Part shown: positions 38,343 through 48,890 of the stretch, piece by piece
How the letters are laid out: the number at the start of each line of letters is the position of its first letter
Numbering within the stretch: position 1 is the stretch's first letter
NCBI GenBank assembly: GCA_944392565.1
Contig: CALXWX010000005.1
Location: 2,208-66,207, forward strand
Direction of reading: 5' to 3'
DNA from: an uncultured Alphaproteobacteria bacterium
GTDB taxonomy: Bacteria > Pseudomonadota > Alphaproteobacteria > Rs-D84
Length of the DNA: 64,000 nucleotides
Notes under the pieces: model-generated
Told to the model about the DNA's origin: nothing
What the model saw: the letters and a program-made list of their open reading frames with translations, nothing else
Database searches by the model: none
Made by a program: the position numbers and the translations under genes

Positions 38343-39584
38343 TTATTTCGCAAACGAATAATCCATTTCTAAATGGTTTGGATTATATGTTCCATTTATA
38401 ATTGCAATTGTATCTTCGACAATGACCAGTTCTTCATTCGTTGCAATCATGAATATTTTCACGCGACTGTCAGGGGCAGAAATTTCTGCTTCATCAACGC
38501 CCTTGCGCGCCAATGCGGCGGCATTTTTTTCCGGATCCAGTTTTATACCCAATTCTTCCAGCCCTGAACAGAACTTTGCACGCAAATAATCATCATTTTC
38601 ACCAACACCCGCAGTAAACACCAGTGCGTCTGTATGCCCCAATTCCGCCATGTACGCCCCAATATATTTTTTTACATTATGGGTTTCCATTTCTATTGCC
38701 AGACGACATTTGTCATTTGTATCGCGGTTTGATTCCACATCGCGCCGATCAGAAAAACATTCGGTCAATCCCATCAGCCCAGAATCTTTATTCAAATGCT
38801 TTTGCATTTGCTCCGGACTTAAATGTAATTGTTCCATTACATATAAAATAACACCTGGGTCAACATCACCGGGGCGTGTACCCATGGTCAACCCAGCCAG
38901 TGGCGTCATGCCCAATGATGTATCAACCGAAACGCCATTTTTAATTGCGCTTGCTGATGCGCCTGAACCAATGTGCAATGTTATCAGATTGCATTCATTT
39001 GCCGGCTTGCCCAACATTTTTGCCGCGCGTTTTGATACATATAAATGCGATGTCCCGTGAAATCCGTATCTGCGCACCCCCAGTTCTGTATACCATGCAT
39101 TCGGCACCGCATAGCGATATGCATAATCTGGCATAGTCTGGTGAAATGCGGTATCAAATACCGCAACCTGGCGTGCATTTGGTAATAATTGCTGGGCGGT
39201 TACAATGCCCATTAATGCCGGTGGATTATGCAGTGGTGCAATTGGTGATAACTCATCAATTGTCCGCATTACTTCGTCCGTAATTTCAACAGATGACGCA
39301 AATTTATCGCCACCCATAACGACACGATGCCCAACACCACCAATTTCATTCATGTCAATTGATGCCTCGCGCAGCATGAACAGAACGACATTCAATGCTT
39401 CGTTGTGATTCTTCATTTCTGTTTCTTTGCGTGTTTTTGTGCCGTCCGGGTATTTTTGTGTTATAAAAGAATCCGGCAACCCGATTTTTTCAACATTTCC
39501 GCCAACAACATATTTTTTTGAATCAGCATCAAAAACCTGGTATTTCAAAGAAGATGAACCACAGTTCAAAGCAAGTATGTACAT
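38343..39584 (-). CDS. ackA: acetate kinase
   Basis: LNCGSSSLKY, GHRVV.GG, APLHNP, FDTAFH, RRYGFHGTSH, FTAGVGEN. Confidence 0.96.
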   Translation of the reverse strand: MYILALNCGSSSLKYQVFDADSKKYVVGGNVEKIGLPDSFITQKYPDGTKTRKETEMKNHNEALNVVLFMLREASIDMNEIGGVGHRVVMGGDKFASSVEITDEVMRTIDELSPIAPLHNPPALMGIVTAQQLLPNARQVAVFDTAFHQTMPDYAYRYAVPNAWYTELGVRRYGFHGTSHLYVSKRAAKMLGKPANECNLITLHIGSGASASAIKNGVSVDTSLGMTPLAGLTMGTRPGDVDPGVILYVMEQLHLSPEQMQKHLNKDSGLMGLTECFSDRRDVESNRDTNDKCRLAIEMETHNVKKYIGAYMAELGHTDALVFTAGVGENDDYLRAKFCSGLEELGIKLDPEKNAAALARKGVDEAEISAPDSRVKIFMIATNEELVIVEDTIAIINGTYNPNHLEMDYSFAK

Positions 39585-39635
39585 TTGTATTCCTTTTTTT
39601 CTATGCGCCCAGCATAGCACAGCGGTTTATATGTT

Positions 39636-40217
39636 TCAACAGTAAACTCGGAATAAAATGCGCCAGCGTTCATTTGTGATTTGTGTTTGTGCGCCGGTGT
39701 CCCGATGTGCCACCCAGAACGATTTTCCGCCGGTCAATAACCGTACATGCAACACATTGTCCGCAACGAAAGTATTTGGTCGGGGCGCCACGCTGTCGCC
39801 GATACCAAATGCTGATACATATTCACCGATGCTGTAACCAGCCTGGGGCGTTTGGCATACCAAGAATGTTTGCACAAACATTGCATTTTTTGATGTTTCA
39901 AATCCGTATTCGGTGCCACCACTGGTCGGGATGGTAATTAATGAACTGTCCATAACTGTAAATGGGGTGGGGCAATATTGCGCAAACAGTTGCTGCCAAA
40001 ATTCTGCCGGGACATCTGATATATCAAAATCCCCGCCACCACCTGTGCCGCCACCACTGACCGCATCTGCACGCGCCAACGCAAATCCGCCCAGTGTTTC
40101 GCCATCATGCACGCGCAGTGTTTTTGCATCCGTATCAAATGTTATTTCACCGGTCATTCCGGTAAAGTTATCATTTTGCGCGGTTGTGCCGCGTCTGATT
40201 TGTAATACTCTTGCCAT
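39636..40217 (-). CDS. second Mtd_N-domain receptor-binding-like protein
   Basis: LQIRRGTTAQNDNFTGMTGEITFDTDAKTLRVHDGETLGG, Gly linker, C-domain different from copy 1. Confidence 0.8.
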   Translation of the reverse strand: MARVLQIRRGTTAQNDNFTGMTGEITFDTDAKTLRVHDGETLGGFALARADAVSGGGTGGGGDFDISDVPAEFWQQLFAQYCPTPFTVMDSSLITIPTSGGTEYGFETSKNAMFVQTFLVCQTPQAGYSIGEYVSAFGIGDSVAPRPNTFVADNVLHVRLLTGGKSFWVAHRDTGAQTQITNERWRILFRVYC

Positions 40218-40327
40218 TATAAAAAATCCTTTGTTATTTGGGAATGAATATGTTTGGAAAAATAAAAACACCGCCATGGACGGCGGTGAATTTATGCATA
40301 AAATTATACCAAAAAATCAGATAAAAA

Positions 40328-42763
40328 TCAAGGAACCATTGAATAATTTTTCAAATAACTTGCAAATATGGCATTTTTGTTTTGATTAAACTTGTCTTGC
40401 TTTTTCTTGGCATTGCCCGGCGCCCATGAATACATCGGACCCGTATGTGAATCGCGTCCGGTTTCCAACATGTCCCAATATGCCATTAAGTATTCATATT
40501 GGTCTGGGTGGTCTTTGTCCCAATTATTAACGGTATCATCACGTTTTTTTATGCGTTCATTTAATTCTTTCAGACGTTCTGTGGCATTATCAAAATCATT
40601 AATTTTGGTATTTAAATCATCTGCCCTGTTTCGCGCGGTGCCATAAACCCGTTGCGCATGTTGCATATCTGTTTGATACTGTGCAATATGTTGGCGTGCG
40701 CGTGCTAATTTTGCCGCCGGAATTTGGGCACGCTGTTGATTTATATCTTGTATTTGATCTTCGATTTGCATGCGCTGCATCATCAGACCATTTGCCAGTG
40801 CATTTGCCGCTGCATTTGGCATGCCCGCAAAAGTGTTCGGGTCGTTCAATTGCGCATTAATTTGTGCAATGGCGCCGTTCAAATTTCTTAAATCAGTAGC
40901 AAATTTATTATCTTGATCAATTAATGCTTTTGCGTCGTTATACTGTTGTGCTGCCTGGTTAAATGTGGTTTGCTTTTGTTCGGCATCTGTTTTTGCATTT
41001 TGTAAATCTGTTCTTTTCTGGTTAATATTTCCTGCATTTATACCGGCGGCGTCCAGTGTCTGTAATTGGGCCTCATATTGCTGTTTTGTTGTTGTGTCTG
41101 TGGCGTTTTCTGCGTTTCTGCGTGCCTCGGCGGCGACCCGGGCGGCGTCGTTTTGGGTCACCCATGCATCATGTGCATTTTTCATGCGACCGGTTTTACC
41201 GTTAAATTTACTGCCGTTCAGGCGGATTGCATTCCCCGCAATTGTTATCGTATAACCCAGGATCAAGAGCGCAGCTCGCATTGTTTGATCCATGGCACCG
41301 GTTACAATTTTAACGCCTTCGTTTTTATTCCATGATAAGTCTTTGTCGGAAAAGATAGTGAACAGTTCCTTGTCCGCGCGCAGGGTATCCATAGTTTTGC
41401 TGGTGGTGTATCCGTATTTGACAACCGACAAAACCTCCATCGCTGTCTTGGCTTCATCAATTTTATTATTACGCACCGCATTCAGAATCAGTTCAGACAC
41501 CAGCGCCCGCATTTGTCCGCCGTTTTTCAGTGCGCCGGCAAATGCCTTGGGCATGGTGTCTTTTAATTCACCCAGTGTTTTTTCCATCCATTCAAAATGA
41601 TCGACCGCACGCGGCGATTTATATTGCAGATTCTTTTTTATTTCGCCCGCGCTGTCCAATAATTTGCCCAATCCATCAGTTGGTTTAAAATTTGCGCCGG
41701 TCAACGCCTTGAAAATCAATTTTGCGGAATTCGAAAAATACAGCCGGTCGCCACGCAGTTTAACATACTTGTCCATATAATCGGACCATGTGTCCGATAC
41801 AGTTTCTTTTAACCGTTGCCACGGGGTTAATTCGTCATCGCGCTTTGGCGGGACATAATCTTTGCTGTCTTTGTTTGCATAGTCAACATTGCCATTTGCC
41901 GCATCCAGATGCTTGGAAATTTTGCCCTTGTCATATTGTTTAAATACATCATATACCTTGGATTCTGTGGCCAGTGTATTCAGAAAATCTTTATAATTTC
42001 GTTTAAAATAATCCAGGTTGTTGGTGTTCACCGTGCCACTGTCAAATCCGTTTTCTATTTGCGTAAAATCTGGTATTGTTGCACCGGGTTGCATACCAAT
42101 TGCCGTTTGAAAATCAGCCTGGCGCCCATAAACATTTAAATATTGTGCCGCTGTTGTAACTTTATCCTGGAATGCCGGATCTGTATTATATTTTTTCGAT
42201 CTGATGCCCGACATTAAATCAGAATACGAAAAATCAGAATCTATTAATCCCCACTGCTTAAAATAAAATTCCAGACTGTTTTTATAGTTTTCCAAGAATT
42301 GCTTAAACGCACCCTGAATCAGTGGTTCGGCGGTTCGCGGGTCCGCAACCGAATTTGAAAACAGATGGGTGTTTGGATCGCCAAAATGTTCTTTTAAAAA
42401 ACTGGTTGCCTTGGCATTATCTTTGAACGAGTCTGCATTCGCCGACATTTTGCGGAACGCGTCTTGGAACGCCTTGAACAACTTTTTCCATTCGTCATCG
42501 GTCATTGTCATGTTGCCGGTCAAATCGTCTGGGTGCGTGGGGTTGTTTGCGGTCGCAGAATATGGCATTGTATTTTCGACCAATTTTCCGTTCGCATCCG
42601 TGTGCATCAGTTTCTTTTTCCAATCTTTCATATTGCTCTTGCTACGGAAATCATCGGATTTGGTATATTCATCAAACTGGGCACGCACGGTCGCCGGCAT
42701 GGTGTTAAAACGCCGCTGCATATAATACTGCAATAAAAAATCACCCATTTTTACATCTGCCAT
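40328..42763 (-). CDS. large helical/coiled-coil protein of unknown function
   Basis: About 810-aa ORF, one hydrophobic segment, long Q/A/N-rich coiled coil. Confidence 0.75.
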   Translation of the reverse strand: MADVKMGDFLLQYYMQRRFNTMPATVRAQFDEYTKSDDFRSKSNMKDWKKKLMHTDANGKLVENTMPYSATANNPTHPDDLTGNMTMTDDEWKKLFKAFQDAFRKMSANADSFKDNAKATSFLKEHFGDPNTHLFSNSVADPRTAEPLIQGAFKQFLENYKNSLEFYFKQWGLIDSDFSYSDLMSGIRSKKYNTDPAFQDKVTTAAQYLNVYGRQADFQTAIGMQPGATIPDFTQIENGFDSGTVNTNNLDYFKRNYKDFLNTLATESKVYDVFKQYDKGKISKHLDAANGNVDYANKDSKDYVPPKRDDELTPWQRLKETVSDTWSDYMDKYVKLRGDRLYFSNSAKLIFKALTGANFKPTDGLGKLLDSAGEIKKNLQYKSPRAVDHFEWMEKTLGELKDTMPKAFAGALKNGGQMRALVSELILNAVRNNKIDEAKTAMEVLSVVKYGYTTSKTMDTLRADKELFTIFSDKDLSWNKNEGVKIVTGAMDQTMRAALLILGYTITIAGNAIRLNGSKFNGKTGRMKNAHDAWVTQNDAARVAAEARRNAENATDTTTKQQYEAQLQTLDAAGINAGNINQKRTDLQNAKTDAEQKQTTFNQAAQQYNDAKALIDQDNKFATDLRNLNGAIAQINAQLNDPNTFAGMPNAAANALANGLMMQRMQIEDQIQDINQQRAQIPAAKLARARQHIAQYQTDMQHAQRVYGTARNRADDLNTKINDFDNATERLKELNERIKKRDDTVNNWDKDHPDQYEYLMAYWDMLETGRDSHTGPMYSWAPGNAKKKQDKFNQNKNAIFASYLKNYSMVP

Positions 42764-42876
42764 TTCACGCCCCTTTATCATTTAATTATAGCATTTTTTG
42801 ACAAAATTTCAATATTTCCTGTACAAAAGCATCCGGCAATAGGATATAATCCCCAATATCACAAATGGGGATTATA

Positions 42877-44109
42877 ATGGCACAGGGTTTATCATTGCGC
42901 CGTTTTCTGCGCAATGTATATGGCTATTCTTTTTTCAATAAATTAATATTGTTGACACCGGTTTATGCCGTTTTTATGCAGGAAAATGGTCTGAATGATA
43001 TACAACTGGCATTGATGTTTATAATCCTGTCGGCGGGTACATTTTTAACCCAGATACCAGTTACATGGATAACAAATAAATTTGGCGCCAAAAACGCCAT
43101 TATATTGGGACAAATACTGAAAGCCGCGGCATTTATTTTGTGGTATTTTTATCCAACATTTATTGGATTTGCAATTGGGATGTTTTTATGGGGTGTTGAA
43201 TGGGCATTCTTTAATGTTGCATTCGAAGGACTGGTGTACGATGAATTACGCGCCCGCCGGCACCAGCGAATGTATTCGCGCGTTTTGGGCATTCGATATA
43301 ATGTCCAGGCGATTGGAACGGCATTATCAGCATTTGGTTCATTGTTAATGTTCGCAGGATATGGTTGGATAACTGTTGCATCGTTAATATCACTGGGGTT
43401 ATCAATTATTTGCATTTTGCGAATGGATTTGCATTCACATAATTTTGGAACAACACATATTCGCAAGATAAATTTTATAAAGTTGTTTAAAACAGGGGTT
43501 CGTATTTGCGGCAAAACGCCATGTATATTGCTGATGTTGCTGCTCAGCTTGTTTGTCGCAAATATACCATATCTGGATGATTTTTTAAGTCCAATTGGCA
43601 TAGACATTGGATTGCCGGTTGAATATGTCGGATTATTACAATTCTTTGTTTTGGCATGCGCAGTTTTGGGTCAAACATTTGCATACAGATTTACGAAAAT
43701 TCGGGATTGGGTATTATATTTAATTATTTGTGCAGGTGGAATATCGTTTGTTTTATTTTCTGTGTTTTATTCGCTGTCTGGATTATTGGCATTGGGAATT
43801 GCATATGTATTATTCAGCGGATTAAATATATTACTGTATTCACGATTCCAAGACTTTTTGCCATCGCGATATCGTTCGGTTATTTTGTCGCTGTACAGTA
43901 TTGGCGATAATATAATTTATATCGGAACATGCTTTGTTATCGGACTTGGTGGCATGCTGGGCAGTTGGCGTTACAGTGTCATGATTTTGGGCATGATTTT
44001 AATCGGAATTGGATTATGGGCAATTTTATTTATTCGTGATAAATGCGCAATTTCGCCAGCATTGGGGACAGGTGCGGTCAAAACAACACATCCCGTGGGC
44101 AAGGCATAG
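42877..44109 (+). CDS. MFS transporter
   Basis: About 12 TM segments, motif-A variant QIPVTWITNKFGAK. Confidence 0.85.
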   Translation: MAQGLSLRRFLRNVYGYSFFNKLILLTPVYAVFMQENGLNDIQLALMFIILSAGTFLTQIPVTWITNKFGAKNAIILGQILKAAAFILWYFYPTFIGFAIGMFLWGVEWAFFNVAFEGLVYDELRARRHQRMYSRVLGIRYNVQAIGTALSAFGSLLMFAGYGWITVASLISLGLSIICILRMDLHSHNFGTTHIRKINFIKLFKTGVRICGKTPCILLMLLLSLFVANIPYLDDFLSPIGIDIGLPVEYVGLLQFFVLACAVLGQTFAYRFTKIRDWVLYLIICAGGISFVLFSVFYSLSGLLALGIAYVLFSGLNILLYSRFQDFLPSRYRSVILSLYSIGDNIIYIGTCFVIGLGGMLGSWRYSVMILGMILIGIGLWAILFIRDKCAISPALGTGAVKTTHPVGKA

Positions 44110-44152
44110 GTTCCTGTATATTTCATAGTGCAGTGTATTATAAAATGCATGT

Positions 44153-44830
44153 ATGAAAATAAATTTTCGCGATATATTTTTAAAAATAATTCCATATGCA
44201 TTGTCGGTCGGTGGCGGATTAATTCTGTTTATTGTAACCAAAGACGATATTCACAATCCAAATGTTACGGATTTAATAAACAATATATCTGCATCATTGT
44301 TGTCAATACCACTGGTGTTTCTGCTGTATGATTATTCTAATTATCTGGTGTCGCGCCGGTTAAAGAAAACATTGGCGGATAACATGGGGGATAAAATCAG
44401 TGTATTGTTGTTGAACCTAACAATTATAATTCGCCAGATTATTGGCGCGCGGGGTAAATTAACATTTGCATCGCTGAATAATATGGGCGATTTCAGTATA
44501 TCACATATTGCCGCACATTTGAAAATAACGCCATCTGCGATGAATGGATTGCGTCAATGTCGCGATAATCTGGATAACTTGATATACCACAATGCAAATG
44601 CGAATGTTTTATCCGCAGATGAAATACAATCACTGTCGGCATTGATGCATGAAATATCCCAGTTAATAAATGAACATTCTTTTCGGAAAAATCATCGTGT
44701 TGCGGCAAAATATATTAAAAACATCATCGGACATATTACAGATTGGATGGACGCCGATGCATTTGCATCAATGCATTTTCAACAATTGCTTGGTACCGCG
44801 ATAACAGATGAAAAACAATCAGTAAAATAA
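44153..44830 (+). CDS. two-TM hypothetical protein
   Basis: Two N-terminal hydrophobic helices. Confidence 0.7.
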   Translation: MKINFRDIFLKIIPYALSVGGGLILFIVTKDDIHNPNVTDLINNISASLLSIPLVFLLYDYSNYLVSRRLKKTLADNMGDKISVLLLNLTIIIRQIIGARGKLTFASLNNMGDFSISHIAAHLKITPSAMNGLRQCRDNLDNLIYHNANANVLSADEIQSLSALMHEISQLINEHSFRKNHRVAAKYIKNIIGHITDWMDADAFASMHFQQLLGTAITDEKQSVK

Positions 44831-44861
44831 ACAAAAAGCCGCGGGAATCCGCGGGTTTTCT

Positions 44862-44878
44862 TGGTGGGGACACAGGGA
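44862..44878 (-). repeat. duplicate of the tRNA-Lys 3' end
   Basis: tggtggggacacaggga identical to 45034-45050. Confidence 0.8.
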
Positions 44879-45033
44879 TTCCCTCGCACGGCGCTGGCGC
44901 GCCGGCTGTGGGGCAACCGTGACGATTTGACTGCGTTACACTGGTCAAATCTACTTGGTGTCGAACCCTGGGGCATGGTTCTCGTCCGCTTTGCCCAGAC
45001 CAAAAAATAAAACCGCATTGCGGTTTATATTTT

Positions 45034-45109
45034 TGGTGGGGACACAGGGACTCGAACCCTGGACCCAATGATTAAAAGTCATTTGCTCTACCAACTGAGC
45101 TATGTCCCC
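45034..45109 (-). tRNA. tRNA-Lys(TTT)
   Basis: aatga-ctTTTaa-tcatt arm, GTTCGA T-loop, CCA encoded. Confidence 0.95.
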
Positions 45110-45377
45110 AAAACTGAACCGGAAAACAGAACCAAATGGTTCTTTTTCCTTGGTCCAGGCGCAATTTTGACATATAAAAAACAAAAAATCAAGAAAAATC
45201 ACAAATAACTTGCGTTTTTTGTTCATATTATCGCGTTGCGTGATTGATTTTTGATTCTATCACATCGAACAAAGCCCGGAAATGCGATTGTTTTATCATG
45301 TTCATATTGCGTTTGTCAATAAAAGTTCGTTAAAAAAACGCCCCTGTGAATTATGGGGCGTTTTTTGTCGTGGCGAA

Positions 45378-46505
45378 TTACAAATCGTCAATCAGTGTTT
45401 CTGCCAATTCTGTGGCAACGCGACTGGTTAATTTGTTTATTGCGCTGTTGCAACTGACTGCGCCACTTTGGTTAATTGATGCCGATGCATCGCCACTGGA
45501 AACGACTTCCATGGTGGCGGTTTCGATTAATTTATACGATGCGTCCAGATTTGCACTGCTGCTGGTCTTTTTTTCACCGGTCAGTTTGACTTCGGTTGTG
45601 CTGGTATGTGCATTGAAGTCGTTTGTTTCAATTATCAACAGATAATCTGCGACCGTGATTTGATGCAGTTTGTTTGCATTATCTGCATTCGCCAAATCTG
45701 TGTCCAACAGCGACAGTTCTTTTAATTGTTTGTTGATATTATCGCGATCAACCACAGATATTTTTTTGGATTTTGTCAGTGGTTTTTCAATGCCATCGAT
45801 AATTTTTTCTTCGATTGTCTTGGATGACTTTTTCTGGCCAACACACGACCATTTTGCATCACCATCCGCCGGCACGATGGCAACGGTATATTCTGCCTTT
45901 TTGATTAAATCAGGCGATTTATAATCATCCAGCACATTTACCTGGGCCGATATTTCAACCATATAAGAATCGTCTTTTTGTTTTTGTGTTTTAACGACCT
46001 GGTAACTTTTGATTGTGCCTTTGTATTTTGCGTTAATTTCGCGTTGGATTTCCATGCTGGAAACCTCTATGGTGCCACCCTTGTATTCATACGATGTGTC
46101 TTCGGATGCAGATGCCTGCTGTGACACTGATGATTCTGTGGATGCAGACGACTTTTCCCAGAATTTCAGTCGTGACCACCATGAGCCGCCTTTTTCTTCG
46201 CCATCGGCACTGGCGGAATGTTGGACAGATGCCGCGTGTTCTGCACTGGCCGAATATTCAGAATCAGCAGAATGTTCGTATTTTATTTCTCGGTCATCTG
46301 TCATCTTGAATTTCTTTTCAGACAGATTTGTCGGACCTGCATTTTCAATTGACACCGGTCCGGACTGCCGAATTGCGTTATCGATTGCATCCATTGTTGC
46401 GGCATATGGACTGGGGCCATATCCTGTGGCGGTTATTGTTTCTATACGCGCATTTGCGGCGCATACCGTCATACACATCAGTGTTGTTATAAAAATTTTT
46501 TTCAT
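45378..46505 (-). CDS. CsgG/HfaB-like exported protein
   Basis: Signal peptide; ATGYG...A..DAI; SVVDRDNI..QLKE; ADYLL; LIETATMEV. Confidence 0.7.
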   Translation of the reverse strand: MKKIFITTLMCMTVCAANARIETITATGYGPSPYAATMDAIDNAIRQSGPVSIENAGPTNLSEKKFKMTDDREIKYEHSADSEYSASAEHAASVQHSASADGEEKGGSWWSRLKFWEKSSASTESSVSQQASASEDTSYEYKGGTIEVSSMEIQREINAKYKGTIKSYQVVKTQKQKDDSYMVEISAQVNVLDDYKSPDLIKKAEYTVAIVPADGDAKWSCVGQKKSSKTIEEKIIDGIEKPLTKSKKISVVDRDNINKQLKELSLLDTDLANADNANKLHQITVADYLLIIETNDFNAHTSTTEVKLTGEKKTSSSANLDASYKLIETATMEVVSSGDASASINQSGAVSCNSAINKLTSRVATELAETLIDDL

Positions 46506-46562
46506 GATGAAAAACCTCTTGGTTACAAATCAGAAACATTTACGGGCGTTGCCCATAAATGT

Positions 46563-47171
46563 TTACCATGTTTGTGTATCTTTATCGGTCAGTTTTGTGA
46601 TAACTTTCTTGTCACTCCATAATTCTGTACCATCGCGCATATCAATCAGATTCAGCGAGAATATATATTCAATCATCTTTTTATTACCCACAGTGCTGTT
46701 TTTCTGGGATATGCGTCCTTCCAGTGTCAGGTCAAATGCCTTGACAGTATTGTTTTTTTGCACGGTGGATTGATCAACCAGGCTGGACCCCGCCAATTCA
46801 CGGGACAGCGCGATGTTTTCACTGCGGTCGGCACCAAATGCACTGGTGGTTTTCACAGTACCACTGCGGCGCAGTTCTTTTTTGATATAGTCTGTCAGAT
46901 CATCTGTATTGATACGCTGCATGGTATCGTTTTTAATATCGCTGATCATCATGACATATGGTTGCCCGTTTGGTTTCGGCGATGACAATTCGTATGCCAA
47001 CATATCGTCCAGCATTTCTTTCGCGGCGAATTCAAAGTCATTATCAGACAATGTCGCGGTTACATATTCTGATGATTCATCGCGGCTGATTACTTGGGTT
47101 CCAGTGCTGCACGCGGTTGTTGTTAATGCAACAATTGCGCACATCATATATAAAGCGAAATTGTGTTTCAT
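46563..47171 (-). CDS. LpoB-like lipoprotein
   Basis: Lipobox TTAC; IKNDTMQRINTD; L.LIDMRDG..LW. Confidence 0.8.
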   Translation of the reverse strand: MKHNFALYMMCAIVALTTTACSTGTQVISRDESSEYVTATLSDNDFEFAAKEMLDDMLAYELSSPKPNGQPYVMMISDIKNDTMQRINTDDLTDYIKKELRRSGTVKTTSAFGADRSENIALSRELAGSSLVDQSTVQKNNTVKAFDLTLEGRISQKNSTVGNKKMIEYIFSLNLIDMRDGTELWSDKKVITKLTDKDTQTW

Positions 47172-47203
47172 TTTTTGTGTCCTTTTTTATTTAAGCGTGT
47201 TTG

Positions 47204-47572
47204 TTATTGTTCAATTGGGCGATCGGCGACCAAGATTTTATATGTGTGCGCATTTGCGTTTGGCGCAACCGCCGTCCAATAGAACGGCATATCTTGGGTT
47301 AAATCGGCCCTGGTTGGTTTTGACAGTGTTGTATTTATCCGCATTCCGGCGCCATCAAACCAAATGACAGAGTAATACAGTGTCGTATCGCTGGTTGTTT
47401 CACCTGCCACCGTCAGACGCATAAAATCACGTGGACCGCTGTTATCTTCGGATACAGAAATCGTACTTAATGGTACGCCTGATTGCAGAATAATTTTGTC
47501 AGGGTTTTTGTTCACGGTCGCACACGCGACCAGTGAACATGCAACCAACATCATCAAGATTTTTCTTGTCAT
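47204..47572 (-). CDS. YcfL/DUF1425-like lipoprotein
   Basis: Lipobox LVAC; YSVIWFDGAG; AVAPN..A. Confidence 0.75.
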   Translation of the reverse strand: MTRKILMMLVACSLVACATVNKNPDKIILQSGVPLSTISVSEDNSGPRDFMRLTVAGETTSDTTLYYSVIWFDGAGMRINTTLSKPTRADLTQDMPFYWTAVAPNANAHTYKILVADRPIEQ

Positions 47573-47588
47573 GGTCAACCCCGTGATG

Positions 47589-48890
47589 TTAGTTTATTTT
47601 ACCCACAAAAACGCCCAGTTCGGCGGTTGGTGTTGGCATACGCACAAACACCGCAGCGTTTTTGATATCATCCGGAATTTCAACTGTTGTATTGTTTACT
47701 GTAATTTGGCGATTTTCCGGCATTTCGATTCTTGCCACTTGGACTTCGTGTGGCAACGATGTCCATGAACGCAAGTCCCAGTCTTTTTCCATGCTCATAA
47801 TTGCGCCAACGGCCAATGTTCCGCCGATTGCCCACAGATCGGATGTTTCCTGGTTTTTATGTGCCATTACGCCCGCGCCAACACCGGCACCTGCGGCGGC
47901 GGCAACTTTACCAACTTCGAATACAACCGAACTGATAATGTTTTGAGTTTTATATTTGTCCAGGTCTGTTTTCACCACAGAATCCATGTTTGCCAGGAAC
48001 TGTGTTTCTGTTGTTTCGCCATTTGCGCCAACAAACAATGTTTTTGCCGCCGCGCTGCCTGGGAACACATCTGGGATTGTTAATTGGATGTTAAATGCCT
48101 GTAAAATTTCTGGGGCCAATGAACGCGGCTGAATTTCGCCAACACTGCCGTTTTCAAAGAACACCCAAACATATTGCTTGCCTGACTTAATCGCGCTGGC
48201 ATCAGATTTTACAAATGTATTATCTGGGGCAAATTGTTTCACGCGACCCAGATAGTTTTCTGCATTTGTTGTATCGCCATTAACGCCGTCGTAAATCGCA
48301 TTCAGATATGTTGTGTACGGGTTAACATAGTCCTTCATTGCCAACACGGCATTATCTGCGGCGGCCATTTCTTGGTTAACTGCTTTTACAATGCTGTCCA
48401 AGTCTGGCAATCCCGGAACCGCGGCGGACTTTTCATCAAATTCCTTGCGCAGGTCTTCGATTTCAGAACCGCTGGCCTGGACATTTTGTACCTGCAAATC
48501 GTATGCCTGTTTAAATTCTTGATTGGCGTATTCGGACTTGTCGGCCATCATCCCCATTGCAGAATAGGTTTTAAACATGATTTTTTCATAGTCTTTGACG
48601 GTATAGCCGGAATCTTCTTCGACCTGGTCTGTTATAACCGCCTCGGTTGCGGCAAAGCACATTTGGCGATTTTCTGTATCATTCGCCCACAGATACCCAG
48701 TGCCACATTGCAATCCACCCAAATAGATATTATCTGGTTCTGCTTTTTGAACAGTATTCTTTGCCATTGTTTCTGCGGCGGCGGCATATTGACCGGCGTC
48801 AAACTGTTGTTGGAATGTTTCGTTGGTTTTTGTGAAACTGCTGCTGCATGCGGCCAGCAATGCGGGCAGGACCAGGATAGCTTTTTTCAT
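47589..48890 (-). CDS. COG3014-like lipoprotein
   Basis: Lipobox LAAC; YEKIM, YVNPY, DLRSWTSLP. Confidence 0.75.
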   Translation of the reverse strand: MKKAILVLPALLAACSSSFTKTNETFQQQFDAGQYAAAAETMAKNTVQKAEPDNIYLGGLQCGTGYLWANDTENRQMCFAATEAVITDQVEEDSGYTVKDYEKIMFKTYSAMGMMADKSEYANQEFKQAYDLQVQNVQASGSEIEDLRKEFDEKSAAVPGLPDLDSIVKAVNQEMAAADNAVLAMKDYVNPYTTYLNAIYDGVNGDTTNAENYLGRVKQFAPDNTFVKSDASAIKSGKQYVWVFFENGSVGEIQPRSLAPEILQAFNIQLTIPDVFPGSAAAKTLFVGANGETTETQFLANMDSVVKTDLDKYKTQNIISSVVFEVGKVAAAAGAGVGAGVMAHKNQETSDLWAIGGTLAVGAIMSMEKDWDLRSWTSLPHEVQVARIEMPENRQITVNNTTVEIPDDIKNAAVFVRMPTPTAELGVFVGKIN

